IMG/VR virus record: IMGVR_UViG_3300036770_007283
DNA length: 64,000 bases
Strand: one strand, 5' to 3'
From: a virus
Lineage: Duplodnaviria; Caudoviricetes
In this document: piece after piece, positions 8,991-20,600 of the stretch
Numbering within the stretch: the stretch's first letter is position 1
Layout of the letters: each line of letters opens with the position of its first letter
The notes under the pieces: generated by a model
Told to the model about the DNA's origin: nothing
Seen by the model: the letters and a program-made list of their open reading frames with translations, nothing else
Database searches by the model: none
Made by a program: the position numbers and the translations under genes

Positions 8991-10205
8991 TCAAGATTTA
9001 ATCTCTGTTTTCTGGGCAACAGGGACTATACACTCCTGTTCTAAAGGTAACCAATAAAATCCTGTTCTATTAATCCCCTTTAATCGTTGTTCCCTGCTAA
9101 TTGCAGGCAACTGAAGGGCAATATTCTGGGATGCATTTAAATCCGAGTTTCCTGTGTATCCACAGGATCTGCATTTAAATAACAATCCTTTCCTATTCCC
9201 CTTACGAACCCAACCGCACTGGAAACACCTTTGACTTGTGTAAGTAGGGCTAACCTTAATAATCTGGACACCAGCATCTTTAAGTTTAGAATCCAACTTT
9301 TCAAATAGTTCCCTGTAATTCCAATGAGAAAGGTTGCGGCTTGACTTTCTTCCCTTTCTCATATTTCTAATGTTCTCCCTTCTAACTACCTTTATATTCT
9401 GTATATTCAGTCTGTTTACAGACCAATTTATGTAGTTAGTACGGTGTGCTTCTGCTCTCCTAAATCCCTTGGAACCCTTTTTCTTCCTTGCTAATTTTTG
9501 ACAAATAGCTTTGTAATTGTGACCATGGTTATCCTTGTCAACTACTTGACCATTTGAACAAGACAAAATAGAATTTTGCCCTATATCTATCCCTAGGGTT
9601 TCCCCAGATTCCCTTTCTCTAGGTTCCTCCAATTCAAAACCAAACGTTATGGAATCTTTTGATAACCTAACTCCTGCTTTTAGTGTTCCTGAGGCTAACA
9701 TTTTATTGAAGTGCTTTGTTTTCTTAAAAGGTATCTTTATAGTTAGCTTATTACCAAGAGAAGATAGGGTTACCCAACCATCGAAGATGGTATCATTATC
9801 CAAGTCTATTTTAACAAACCTAGAATCTAACTCTGGTTTAATATCTCCAACTAAAGGCTTTGAAGCAATATTTTTGTTATAGATTTGCTGAATTTTTCTG
9901 GCTTTCTTAAACATACCTTGAGCATTGAACTTATTTATTTGCCAAAGCCTTCGGCTTTGTTTAGCTTTAGTTCCACGGACAATAGCAGAAGCCTGTTTAC
10001 CAGCAGCTTGCAATGCTCTTGCAGATAACCAAGTTTGAATCTGGGAAGTTATTCTCTTATCAAGCAGGGCAGGAATTTTATCCATATCCCAAAGGGGATC
10101 TATGAAAAGGGTAGTAACCCTCTGGTATTCTGCAATAAAAAGGGAAAGGTTTTCCATTTTAACCTTTCTGCAGAATTTGGTAGTTACTTTAGTTGACTTT
10201 ACCAT
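8991..10205 (-). mobile_element. tnpB: TnpB-family RuvC nuclease (IS200/IS605-like), no tnpA
   Basis: LGIDIG (RuvC-I), RRENI (RuvC-II), TSQRCFQCG...CRSCG Zn finger, DLNASQNI (RuvC-III). Confidence 0.9.
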
Positions 10206-10264
10206 GATTTATATAGAAATATTACTATAATTTTAAATTTATTTTAATAAATAATATAAAGGAA

Positions 10265-10723
10265 TCAAATACATTCTTCAGAGCAGAAGTTACCCTCTTC
10301 ACCACATACTATAAAAGTATTAGGAATTACACCTTTACATTTATAAGTCTTCATTTTTTTAGTCCATTCCTCTTTGGTTTGGCATTCTTCTAAGGAAATT
10401 AATAAAGCCTCCACTTCGTTGGTTTCTTTTAAAATAAAAGTCATCCAGCCTTGGAAGTTACCAACCCGCCAAACATTTGCACCGAAATGGTAAGCATACA
10501 AATCTTCTTTTTGAAAGTGTTCCCTATTTAATTTTATTAAGCCACCTAATGTAGCATGGTCACTGAAGTCTGGAATGGCACCATCCGGTGGCAACAAGCC
10601 TTCATCATTAATCCTACCACAAATATTTATATCAAGTGGAAAAAACCAACGCATACCTGGCAACCACTTCCAATTCTTACAGATTAAAGTTTTGAGTCCT
10701 AAATCTATTTTGTCTTGCAGCAT
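10265..10723 (-). CDS. hypothetical phage protein
   Basis: WKWLPGM...PDFSDHATLGGL motif; Cys-rich tail. Confidence 0.6.
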   Translation of the reverse strand: MLQDKIDLGLKTLICKNWKWLPGMRWFFPLDINICGRINDEGLLPPDGAIPDFSDHATLGGLIKLNREHFQKEDLYAYHFGANVWRVGNFQGWMTFILKETNEVEALLISLEECQTKEEWTKKMKTYKCKGVIPNTFIVCGEEGNFCSEECI

Positions 10724-10749
10724 GTTATTTATCTTTTGTCCAAATTATT

Positions 10750-11070
10750 TTAGTTACTATCTAATGCTGCTCTAACTGCTGCATCTTTAGATTCTAGCAA
10801 TTTTCTAAGTGCAACTTCTGTTTCAGGGCTATAAGGCGCTCGTCTAGCAACTTGTTCGGCCAACTCAGCAAATGGTCTTGAAACCTCTTGTAACTTTGGT
10901 GGTAAATGATCAAATTTGAAATATTTTAAAGTTGGTGATAATTGGTATTGACTATAAACAACCAAATCATTTAAAGTCGGTACTGGCATAGAAACCATAA
11001 CCTCACCAGAACGAACCTTGGCACATCCATTTGCCATACAATCTGGATTTGCACAACAGCATGTAATCAT
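10750..11070 (-). CDS. small helical-hairpin protein, possibly Acb2/Tad1-like
   Basis: FDHLPPKLQEVSRPFAELA...PYSPETEVALRKLLESKDAAVRA; GGAG SD; the family link is by-eye only. Confidence 0.45.
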   Translation of the reverse strand: MITCCCANPDCMANGCAKVRSGEVMVSMPVPTLNDLVVYSQYQLSPTLKYFKFDHLPPKLQEVSRPFAELAEQVARRAPYSPETEVALRKLLESKDAAVRAALDSN

Positions 11071-11115
11071 ATAAACTCCTCCCTTTAAATTGTTTTACAA
11101 ATTAAACTAAGATTT

Positions 11116-11433
11116 TCATCCATAATGTTCGCTATTTTTAATTGCTGTAATTATATCTTCATAAGCAGCAGCGCACAGCGGAATGTCAGCAGATTCCATT
11201 CTTTTGTTGAGAAATTCTAAGATTAATTTTCTCTCTCGCATTTCTCCCAAAACCTCACTGGCTTCTGGTGGTGGCCAAGACGATCTTGCTTCATAATCCT
11301 GAATTATATTATCTGCTTTGCTTACTAGTTGCCAGACCCATTCTGCTGCAAACTCTTTATCCTCCAGCCTAAGAAAAAACTCCTCAATAAAATCATCTTT
11401 TGTGTACAGCATAACACCCTCACTTATTAACAA
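11116..11433 (-). CDS. hypothetical protein
   Basis: ORF overlapping the dnaE-N stop. Confidence 0.6.
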   Translation of the reverse strand: MLISEGVMLYTKDDFIEEFFLRLEDKEFAAEWVWQLVSKADNIIQDYEARSSWPPPEASEVLGEMRERKLILEFLNKRMESADIPLCAAAYEDIITAIKNSEHYG

Positions 11434-14074
11434 CTATTTCTAATTTATCTTCTAAAATTTTCCAGAGCGGCAACATTTCGCCTGTATTAGTTCTAAATTT
11501 ATGATTGATTGTACAAACTGTTTTTGAGCCATCGTCTAATTCTACTTCAAATACTTTTAATTTTCCGTGATAATGATTATCCTTGACAGGGATCATAATA
11601 TCTTGTCCCGTTTCTTCATTTCTGCTACGAACCCAACAGCCTGGTTCAACATTTCTGATTGGAATATCTTTCCACTCTCTAGCATCAGAATCTCTGTATA
11701 CCCGGATTAATTCATCAAACTTCAAGGAGCGATTAAAGCCATATAATCCGAATGGTTCGATTTGCTCATCCCAAATTCTTTTGGCTTCTTCATATTTCAT
11801 ACCAGATACTTTCATGCAGTCAGCAATAAAGTTAGCCTCTGTTTTTAAAACTAGATCTGGATCTTTACCTTTTAATTTTGTAATTTTCCTTAGTGCATCT
11901 GCTTGGTTAAGATCCCAACCTGCACAATCCTTGGCAATGGTCATCATGCCTTCTTCATAAAGAGAAACACCATAAGTCTTCTTTAATGAATTTTCCATTT
12001 TAGGATGGATGTATTCGATTTCTTCTACTCCAAGTTTTCTGTTGATATAATCGTTCCTCTGTTCTGGTGAACAAGAAGGTCTGCCTAGTGCATTAATGTC
12101 AGAAATTTCTTCAATATTTTTTGGCTTAATCTTCATACAAAGTGGGGTAAGTGATGACTCCAATTGAAAGACGCCGGCAGTTTCACCACGTCCAATCATT
12201 TTAAAAGTTTCTGTATCACCTAAGGGAATATCTTCAATAGTTATTTTTTTACTTTTGGTTTCTTGAATTATATTAAAGGTATCAGTAATTACGTTTAATG
12301 TATTTAGACCAAGAAGATCCATTTTAACTAGACCGAAATCTTCGCACCTAGTTTTCTCCCATTGGGTAACCACCAAGCCGGTTTCTGCATCAATTCTAAG
12401 GGGGACAATCTCGTATAGTGGACGATCACTAATTACAACCCCAGCGGCATGAACACTCCAATTCCTTGTCAGTCCTTGAAGCTTGCAGGCATTTTCATAT
12501 AGTTCTGGATATTTCTTCATATATGAAGCAAACTCTTTACTTTCTTTCATTGCCTGTTCTACTGTCTCTGTATCTGGCATGATAGAAGTTAAATGATTTG
12601 CAATTTTAAAGGCTTCTGATTTATCACCACCTAGCTCTAGACTTCTAGCTACGTCTTTAATAATCACCTTTGGTGACAGTGTAGACCAATTGCTGATGGA
12701 AGCGACTTTATCTTCCCCATATTTTTCTTTCAGATATTCTTTCACCTTGGCCGGGTCTGCGAAGTCTGAGTCAATATCTGGAAAGCTTTTCTTTTCTTTA
12801 TTCTGAAATCTTTCAAACAGGAGGTCGTACTTAATGGGGTCAACTGTAGTGATGCCAGTTAAAAATGCAACAATAGAGCCGGCACAACTTCCTCTTGCAG
12901 GCGAGCAAGGCATTCCTTGTGACTTAGCCCAATTTACGAAGTCTGCCACAATAAGCATATAAGAAGAAAAGTTTTTCTCTTCCATTACACTTAATTCTTT
13001 TTTAACCCTATCCCAGTATTCTTTCTTCTGTTCATCTTCTAGATGGCCTAATTTTTCTTTAAATCCGGCCATACATTTATATCTCAAATAGGACTTATCT
13101 TCTTCTATATCAGGACAAACCTTGGAAGACCAACCCTTAAATTTTTGATATTCGTTTTCTTTTTGAACTGGAAACTTAGGAAGAATCGCACCCTTTGGTT
13201 CAATATAGGTAGGATTATCACAGGCGTTTAAAATCTTGATAGAATTCTCCATGCCTTTCTTGGCAACATCTGGACCAAAGAAGGATGTAATTTCTTCATA
13301 TGTTTTAAGGTACATATCTTGCACGCCATAACGAAATCTATCAGGATCGTTGATTGGCTTTTTGTCTTTAATAGCTAACATAAAATCGTGATACTTGGCA
13401 TGGTCTTTATCTCGATAGTGGGCATCACAAGTAATAACATAGGGGATGCTCTTATCATGCGATAGTCGAATCATTGCTTCATTTAGCTTTCTCTGGCTAA
13501 CTTCCTTGCCAGTTTTGCCTGTAGCCTGGAGGTCATGTGGCTGGATTTCAAGAAAGAATCTATCTTTAAAAATAGCATTAAATCGATCAAGATAACAAAG
13601 AGCTTCTTGCTCATTTCCTTCTGTAATTAAAGTTTTGGCAATCAAACCATTAGAACAAGCGGTAAGGGCAATAACACCCTGGTTGAACTGCTCGATATGT
13701 TCCCAAGAAATTCTGGGCGTTTGTTTACCCATATACCCAGAGACTTGGTTGCGGTAAGCCTCATAATTTAGTCGTAGAATATTTCGATAACCTACTTCAT
13801 TTTGTGCAAGTAGAACAAGGTGATAATTCTTCTTATCAGATAGATCTGGTGCGAAGTACGCCTCCATACCTGGAATTAACTTAACGCCATGCTTCTTACT
13901 TGCTTTCCAAGCATCAAAAATAGCTGTCATAGTACCATGATCTGTGACTGCTACGCCTGGATGATCTACTTCTTTAGCGCGAATAAAAAGGTCTTCCACA
14001 TCATTCATACCATCCAAAGGTGAACCCAATTCAGTATGGTTGTGCAAAGACACAAATGGTCCTGAAATACCCAT
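11420..14074 (-). CDS. dnaE: DNA polymerase III alpha, N-terminal part (PHP + palm), followed by split-intein IntN
   Basis: HNHTELGSPLDG, TDHG, RGSCAGS, SFPDIDSDF, SVHAAGVV, KMDLLGL, ...YGFNR then 102-aa IntN. Confidence 0.97.
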   Translation of the reverse strand: MGISGPFVSLHNHTELGSPLDGMNDVEDLFIRAKEVDHPGVAVTDHGTMTAIFDAWKASKKHGVKLIPGMEAYFAPDLSDKKNYHLVLLAQNEVGYRNILRLNYEAYRNQVSGYMGKQTPRISWEHIEQFNQGVIALTACSNGLIAKTLITEGNEQEALCYLDRFNAIFKDRFFLEIQPHDLQATGKTGKEVSQRKLNEAMIRLSHDKSIPYVITCDAHYRDKDHAKYHDFMLAIKDKKPINDPDRFRYGVQDMYLKTYEEITSFFGPDVAKKGMENSIKILNACDNPTYIEPKGAILPKFPVQKENEYQKFKGWSSKVCPDIEEDKSYLRYKCMAGFKEKLGHLEDEQKKEYWDRVKKELSVMEEKNFSSYMLIVADFVNWAKSQGMPCSPARGSCAGSIVAFLTGITTVDPIKYDLLFERFQNKEKKSFPDIDSDFADPAKVKEYLKEKYGEDKVASISNWSTLSPKVIIKDVARSLELGGDKSEAFKIANHLTSIMPDTETVEQAMKESKEFASYMKKYPELYENACKLQGLTRNWSVHAAGVVISDRPLYEIVPLRIDAETGLVVTQWEKTRCEDFGLVKMDLLGLNTLNVITDTFNIIQETKSKKITIEDIPLGDTETFKMIGRGETAGVFQLESSLTPLCMKIKPKNIEEISDINALGRPSCSPEQRNDYINRKLGVEEIEYIHPKMENSLKKTYGVSLYEEGMMTIAKDCAGWDLNQADALRKITKLKGKDPDLVLKTEANFIADCMKVSGMKYEEAKRIWDEQIEPFGLYGFNRSLKFDELIRVYRDSDAREWKDIPIRNVEPGCWVRSRNEETGQDIMIPVKDNHYHGKLKVFEVELDDGSKTVCTINHKFRTNTGEMLPLWKILEDKLEIVVNK
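11423..11728 (-). mobile_element. split intein N-fragment (DnaE IntN, 102 aa, Ser1)
   Basis: SLKFDELIRV (block A with Ser1), VCTINHKF (block B TxxH), then stop. Confidence 0.9.
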
Positions 14075-14132
14075 ATTTCCTCCAGAATATTCTTTTGAAA
14101 TTATTGCAATATTCTCTTTTGTTTAGAAACAA

Positions 14133-14159
14133 ATGGGCCGCCTTATTTTGGCGGCCCAT
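14133..14159 (-). terminator. intrinsic terminator
   Basis: ATGGGCCGCC/GGCGGCCCAT 10-bp stem in intergenic DNA. Confidence 0.75.
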
Positions 14160-14171
14160 ATTTTATTTGTT

Positions 14172-14588
14172 TTAATCTACCAGATCGGCAATGTTAGTGT
14201 ATACTTCTGTAGTAATTTTAGGATCGATATCCTGTTTTAGCATCTTAATGGCTGCATCAATTTCTTTCTTTGGAACACCATTTTGCTTTGCATCAGAAAT
14301 TAGCTGACGCTTTTCATCTACCGCCTCTTCAACTTGTTCTACATAACTTTGGATGGTGGTGCTATTTTGGATTAAGGCTTTTCTCTCTTCCTTTAAGGAT
14401 TTGATTTGCTCATCAATATTTTCAATCTCACTGTTGGAAAGGATAGCCTCGCGCAAATCTGCTTTAGCATCACGAATTTTATCTCCCAATTCAGAAAGAC
14501 TCTTTACAAACTGTCTAACGGTTTCCTTGTCTGCTACCTTGGGCTCGGTAGCCAATGGATTAAAACTAGCCACAAATTCACTTGACAT
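14172..14588 (-). CDS. coiled-coil protein, possibly GapR/DsbA-like DNA-binding
   Basis: EKRQLISDAKQNGVPKKEIDAAIKMLK resembles that fold; weak. Confidence 0.4.
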   Translation of the reverse strand: MSSEFVASFNPLATEPKVADKETVRQFVKSLSELGDKIRDAKADLREAILSNSEIENIDEQIKSLKEERKALIQNSTTIQSYVEQVEEAVDEKRQLISDAKQNGVPKKEIDAAIKMLKQDIDPKITTEVYTNIADLVD

Positions 14589-14610
14589 TCAGCCTCCTCA
14601 AACATTTATA

Positions 14611-17600
14611 TTACAGAAAATTGGGGTTGATCCTCACATCTTCGAGTCCGGGCAGCCCCAACGATATTATCATACAAAGTAGCTCTTTCTTCCTCAAATT
14701 TACTTTATTAAAATCTTCGCTGTAGCCTAAGAAGTCATTTGCTTCATTTTCATTATCTTCATCGTCTAGGGTAGCAATTATATAATCAATATATGCTCTT
14801 AAGTTTTTTCCCATAGTAGTGTAAAAGGTACCTACCGTTTTTAAAAGACTACCCGGTTTGGTGGGTGAGGTACTTCTTCCAGCATTAGCAAAGTCATTTA
14901 TATTAGCAATACGACCCCCTGAACCGGCTGGATTAACATATCTTATCACTGTGCCGGCATCATTATCATCATTTTGGATAATATCAAAATATTTTCCTGG
15001 TGATCTAAACCATTTTTTAAGTCTATCACTTACAGAGCTCAACTCTGGCGGGGTTCTTTCTGCAAAGATTGAATTTACTGTATTTTGTATATAAAACTTT
15101 CCTTCTGGAACACCACCCTCTGCTTCGGAACGTGGAACCATTTTTTCAAACAGATCTTCAACTGTTAATCCGGTACTGGATCTTTTTTCTTTTACACTTG
15201 GAATCTCGCTAAAAATACCAGCAAGTTCATCTAGTCCAAATACAGAAACAATAAATCTTAGCAATCTTTGTTTTTCATCATCATCTAGTTCTGCTCCACG
15301 AATAATTGGATTTTTGATTATCTTATAACAAGTAATCGGATCCTCTAGTGTAACTCTTACATGTGGATATTTTATTTTGGGATCTTCTTTCTTAAAGAAA
15401 GATTCGCCACTAATGATGCTGGCAGGCATATTTTTGATAAAACTTACTGTTTTATCAAGCTCACTTTTAATTTCTTTATATAAATCAGTCTCTGCTGCTT
15501 TCTTATCCCTTTGAAGCATCTCCTCTAATTGTTCAGAATGCTCTATAATTAGATCTTCTAGGTCGGCAACAGAATAAGAATATAGGCTTTGCTCACCTGA
15601 ACTTCTACCTATTCTGATCAAAATAGAAATATCCAGTGGTTTATCTTCAAAATTCACTACAATACGCCTGCCTGTTAGAATGACACCCTTGGAATCGCCA
15701 AGATTAGTCTCTTTCTTTTGTACATCTAAGGGTATATTAAAACCTACCCAATTCCAAGTTGTTTCACTGCGAGTAGGTGGCCAAGCAATTTGTGTTGATG
15801 CCCTAGGTGTTCTTGTACCAATTTGATGTCGGCTGGTATTTAGCCCAGTCATTGGGGAATCTGGTGATTCCTTATTAGTATAAAAGTTTAGTTTTTTAAA
15901 CTTATACTTCAGGCCTTCGGCTGTAAAGTTATCATTAATAAATTTTAAATAGTTCAAGTCCTCGGAGTTAGTGTCAAGTTGATTGTACAGACCAATAAAA
16001 TTATCTATTTTAGTTTTAAATATACTATCTATAAGTCCCTTTAATTTTGTAGAAAGATCATCAAGTATAATATCATGATAACGTTTTATTTCAGCATTAT
16101 CGCTAGTATTCATATAATTTATTAATTCTGAAAATGATTCTTCCCCACCTTTTTCAAATAATTCAAACACTTTCTCTTTAAATGCTTCTGTAAAAATAAT
16201 ATTCTCATCAGCAAGTAATTTTTTAATAGCAAAATCAAGCAAATTATTATCTTCATCCTCTTCCAAACCCAGGGCCAATATTAGCTTTTTTTGATGTGAT
16301 GGATTTTGAGAGATTGCCATTAAACATTCAAAAATATTATTTTTATGTGCTGCTACATCTTTTTCTTCACTAGAATCATCAAGCTTCATATAATGTTCTA
16401 TTAGCTTTGACCATCCTACCGAGGTAACGCCAAGCTCATTGTTTAGATGATAGTCAATAGCGCTTCTGCGATCCTCAAATATTTGATATTTTCCTTCTGA
16501 GCCGTAAACAGTAAAGCGCTCCTCTTGCTTTAGATAATCCAATATACTTGACGGATTTTCTCTGTCTACAAAAGGAATCCAATCCCAACCAAAGACTGTT
16601 TCGCTATATTCGCCTGGAATAAAATTCAACGTTGTAACTGGCATTATGCTATTAACGGTATTTAAGGCGGTTGATACCAGTGCGCTTTGTGGAGCCTCAG
16701 AATTCATCGCCCTTAATCTTCCCAAAATATATTCTTTTGCAGCAAGCAAATTATCAGTATCAAATATCTCTGTATTGATAACATCCACTATGTTGTTAGT
16801 CGTTTCAGTAGGAGGTGATATTGATTTGCTTAGCTCAAAATAAGCCATATCTAGGTTAGTGCAATATTTTCTATATTTATTGGTTAATTTTCTTAATTTA
16901 GAATTATCTTTTTTCTTTTCATTAATAAGCTCATTATGTTGATTTCTCAATTCATTAATAGCAAGCTCTAGCTCTCCCTTAATATTCTCGAGCGATTCCT
17001 TAACAAGAGTCTCTATTTCTTGTGATGTTTTATCACCACTTAAAACAGTTAAAATATCATTAACATAATCATCTGGAATACTTATTCCACAATAATAATT
17101 CGACTCCTCATCGTATCCAAAATACTTAGAGATAATTTCATTTAGTTTCTTAATTATATTTATGACATAGACAACAGAAAGTATGGCATTGTTTTGTCTA
17201 GCAGTCTTAATCGCAGGCAATGCCTTGGCTTTATCATGTGTACCTTGTAAGAATTTTGTGAATTTATTCTTATCTAAATTTAAAGTTGTCAATAACAAGG
17301 AGGTTGCTTCTTGTAACACATTAGAAGACTCTATTTCTTGTATACTTATCTGTTCTAAAAAGGTAACCCAAGACCTATTTGGGTCACCCTCATCATTGGT
17401 AACAGAGTCAATATTTTGTATGACCTCATTGACTGCAATAATTGCTTTTTTAATTGCAGTAGTCAAAATTAACTTTGACATAGATTCATCAAAGGTAAAG
17501 CTACTGATATCAAAAATATTTTGCTTTATCCAGATTCCAATCTCACCAGTTATTTTTTCAATCTCTTCTATAATTTTATTACCAAAGAATTGATTGTAAA

Positions 17601-20600
17601 AATCAACCTTTGATTTTTGAGGCATTCCTTCTTTAAATTTAAAGACCTTACCATCAAAAGCCCTTCTTAAAGTTTGCTTTAGTGAGATCTTTATTTCATC
17701 GGGAATGGAGCTATTGACAGAAAAGCCTTCAATAAGTTCATCTAGTAAGTTTGTTGATAATGCTGAGCGACTGTACGCTTCAAAAACATGAATTACAGCA
17801 GACATTACTTTACTAAAATTTTCTAATTTTTCAAAATAAATGGGTCCTGTAACAGGAGAGGTGGATTTTATCGTACTTTTAGTACCAGGGACTGCAACAT
17901 TACTCTCTTGGAGTTTCTGCGCGGCTTTTGCATAGACATCCAGTCTTCCAGTTTCCTCCCTGTCCCCTTCCCCTGATGGTGCCGCACCAAATATATCACC
18001 TCCGCCATAGTCATCAGGGCTGCCCATACTTCCCATACTTTCCGCACTCTCTAAGGCTTTACGCATGGTTATGTCACCACGACCGCCACCACCATCCTCA
18101 TCTTGTTCTTCACCGCCATCTATACTTAGAGTTGCTGCGCTTGCCTCCGTTGCAAAGTAAGTATATTCTTCATGGGTGCTGGGATGCTCATAGCTAAATC
18201 CTGAAGGCCAAATACTTGCTAACGAGCCGGGCGGATACTTAATAAAGATATATGGCTGATTTGTATCATCAATAAAAAACTTTAAGAGATATTTTACTTG
18301 GTTGTTTTTAACATTTGGAAAAACAGTACGCTCTCTTGGATCTTTACTAACCCATTCGCTATACAAAAGTCTATTTTCCATCGGAAATTTTTCCATTAAT
18401 GCAGTGGTATCCGCAAGAGCCAACCAGCCTTGATTTAACACTTCCTGACTGTTTTGCTTACCAGACTTCTGTGTCAAAAGAATATTGTTTGAATCGTTAG
18501 TCTCATATGCAGCATTTCCCTCACCAAACTTAAGGCTATGACCTACATTAAAAATATGTCCAAATGGGCACTTTAGATTTAGGCTTTGTAATATGCTACC
18601 TTGTGCTATCTGTCCAGCCGCAGTTTTGAGAAGCATTTCTTTAATCTTCTGAATTCGAATTTTATTAAAGCTAGTCTTTGCTAACTCTAACTCACTATCT
18701 TTTGCAGCTTTAAAATTAACAAAATCTTGATGTAAGGTCATTGCATCTTGAAAGTCCAGACCGTTTGAGACTAATTCATTAAATAATTCAGTATACTGTC
18801 CTTCATCCTGGCTAATCACTTCAAGAGTTTTTAGAATAAAGAACTCACTATTGTCATCTTTAACGAATGATGACAAAGAAGTAGGTGCGCCACAGACCCT
18901 AAATGTAATAGTTCCTGGCTCCAAATCTTTTAAAGTTCCATCAGGATTTGTTGGCTTGATGAAGCTTTCTGTACCTGCCGGACCTAATTTGGAAAAAGCC
19001 ATTTTAGGATGTTTATACTCAGTTAAGTTAGTTACATTTTCAATATGAGCTGTACAGGCAAAATTAGTTTTAGAAAATTTAAATCCACCACGTAGAAAGC
19101 TTTTTGCTAATTCAATCTGCGCAGCACTCCTTTCATTAGACCAAGCTTCTGAACCAGGTATAATTACATTCTTACTTGCTTCAGTAAAATTATTGATTCT
19201 TTTCTTGGCGTCAGTTGGGTGTTCTACACCACTCCAGCCAAAACTCACACCGACGTTATCTGAAAGGTATGTGCTAGAGTTTGGCTCTACCTTTGCTCCG
19301 CAAAAAGAACCGGAAGTGCCTTCAGAATCAAAAGGGCACTCAACAAACCTGTCCCTGATAAAGATAGGGCCGCTAAGTTTTTCTGCGCCCACAGCAAACA
19401 AAGCCCCAGCTCTGCGATGCCAACCTTCCTCTTGAAGTTCTGAATTATTACTTTGTAATAAAGTATTAATTTCACTCCAAGTTTTGTTGCCAGTGTAGTT
19501 TCTAACTTTGTTCCTTTCTCTTTCACGGTCATAAAATGATTCATTAAGTACTGGCCAGCCTTCCTCCTTATTTAATAAATTTAAATCAACTAGGTTACCA
19601 GTTTTTTTATCAAAAATAGAAAAAAGTGGGACCTTAATGCCCTCTACACCAGCATAGTCTTCCTTTTTCTTCATCCGATTGGCTGTCTCAACCCAAGCAA
19701 AGCATACAGGGCATTTCTTTTTTGTAATCGTTTCATCTTTGTTTGCAATAGCACGAATAGAGTTTCTCTTTAAGATTAAGTCATTAAGTTTGACGCTGTC
19801 AAGATAGTTATTTGATCCAGAAGGATTATCTAGGTTGAAGAAGCTTTCATTTTTAGCATTTAAATATGAAAAAGCACTGTTCTTAAACGAACCTAGAAAG
19901 AACTCTAAGTTTTTTTTGTTGACAATAGTCCTACCAGGAAGATTTGATAATCTAACTAGCTTGTCATTATCTTCACCAGAATCATCCGCCTGAGTTAAAA
20001 CCCAGGTATTATAACTTGCAAGTAGTAAGGCTACGTTTTGAAAGTTTTTAGCTATCGAGTTGTCTTCAAATATTTTTCTTGAAACACAAGAGTTTTTGAA
20101 TTCAATTATTAACTTATCTAAGCTTGGGTCTGAACTCTTTTTTCTTAATTCAAGAAGTATGCTGTACGCTTCTAAGTCTAAGGTTTTAATTTTAAAAACC
20201 AGATTATTAACCCTGCGCTGGTATGAATAAAGATCGATATTATAAGCTAATGTTTTAAAGCTACTTCTCCCTTGCAAAGCAGCCACTAGTTCTTGATTAA
20301 TGCTAGAAATTTCCTGACCAAAAGAGAATACCATATTAGATATATTTTCTTGAATAATTCCAATTGGCTCAGTCCTTATGTAGGCATTATTAAAATTTTG
20401 AATAGCATTATTCAACCGTGGGTTGTTTTCCAATTCTTTTTTAATATCAAGAAGGCCAATTCTGGAGGTAATATCGTCTTCTTCCGTTGTCTTTGATGCT
20501 ATTTGTGGCAGGTTTAACTTATCTCGCATCAAATTAAACTGCTGAACCATATCTACTTTGTAGAGGCCCATTTCAGCAAAATTCTTTAACCATTGTGGAA

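Noticed and set aside
8930-10265. Defined IS605 left and right ends for tnpB
   Set aside because: No convincing subterminal hairpins could be identified by eye, so element boundaries are not called.
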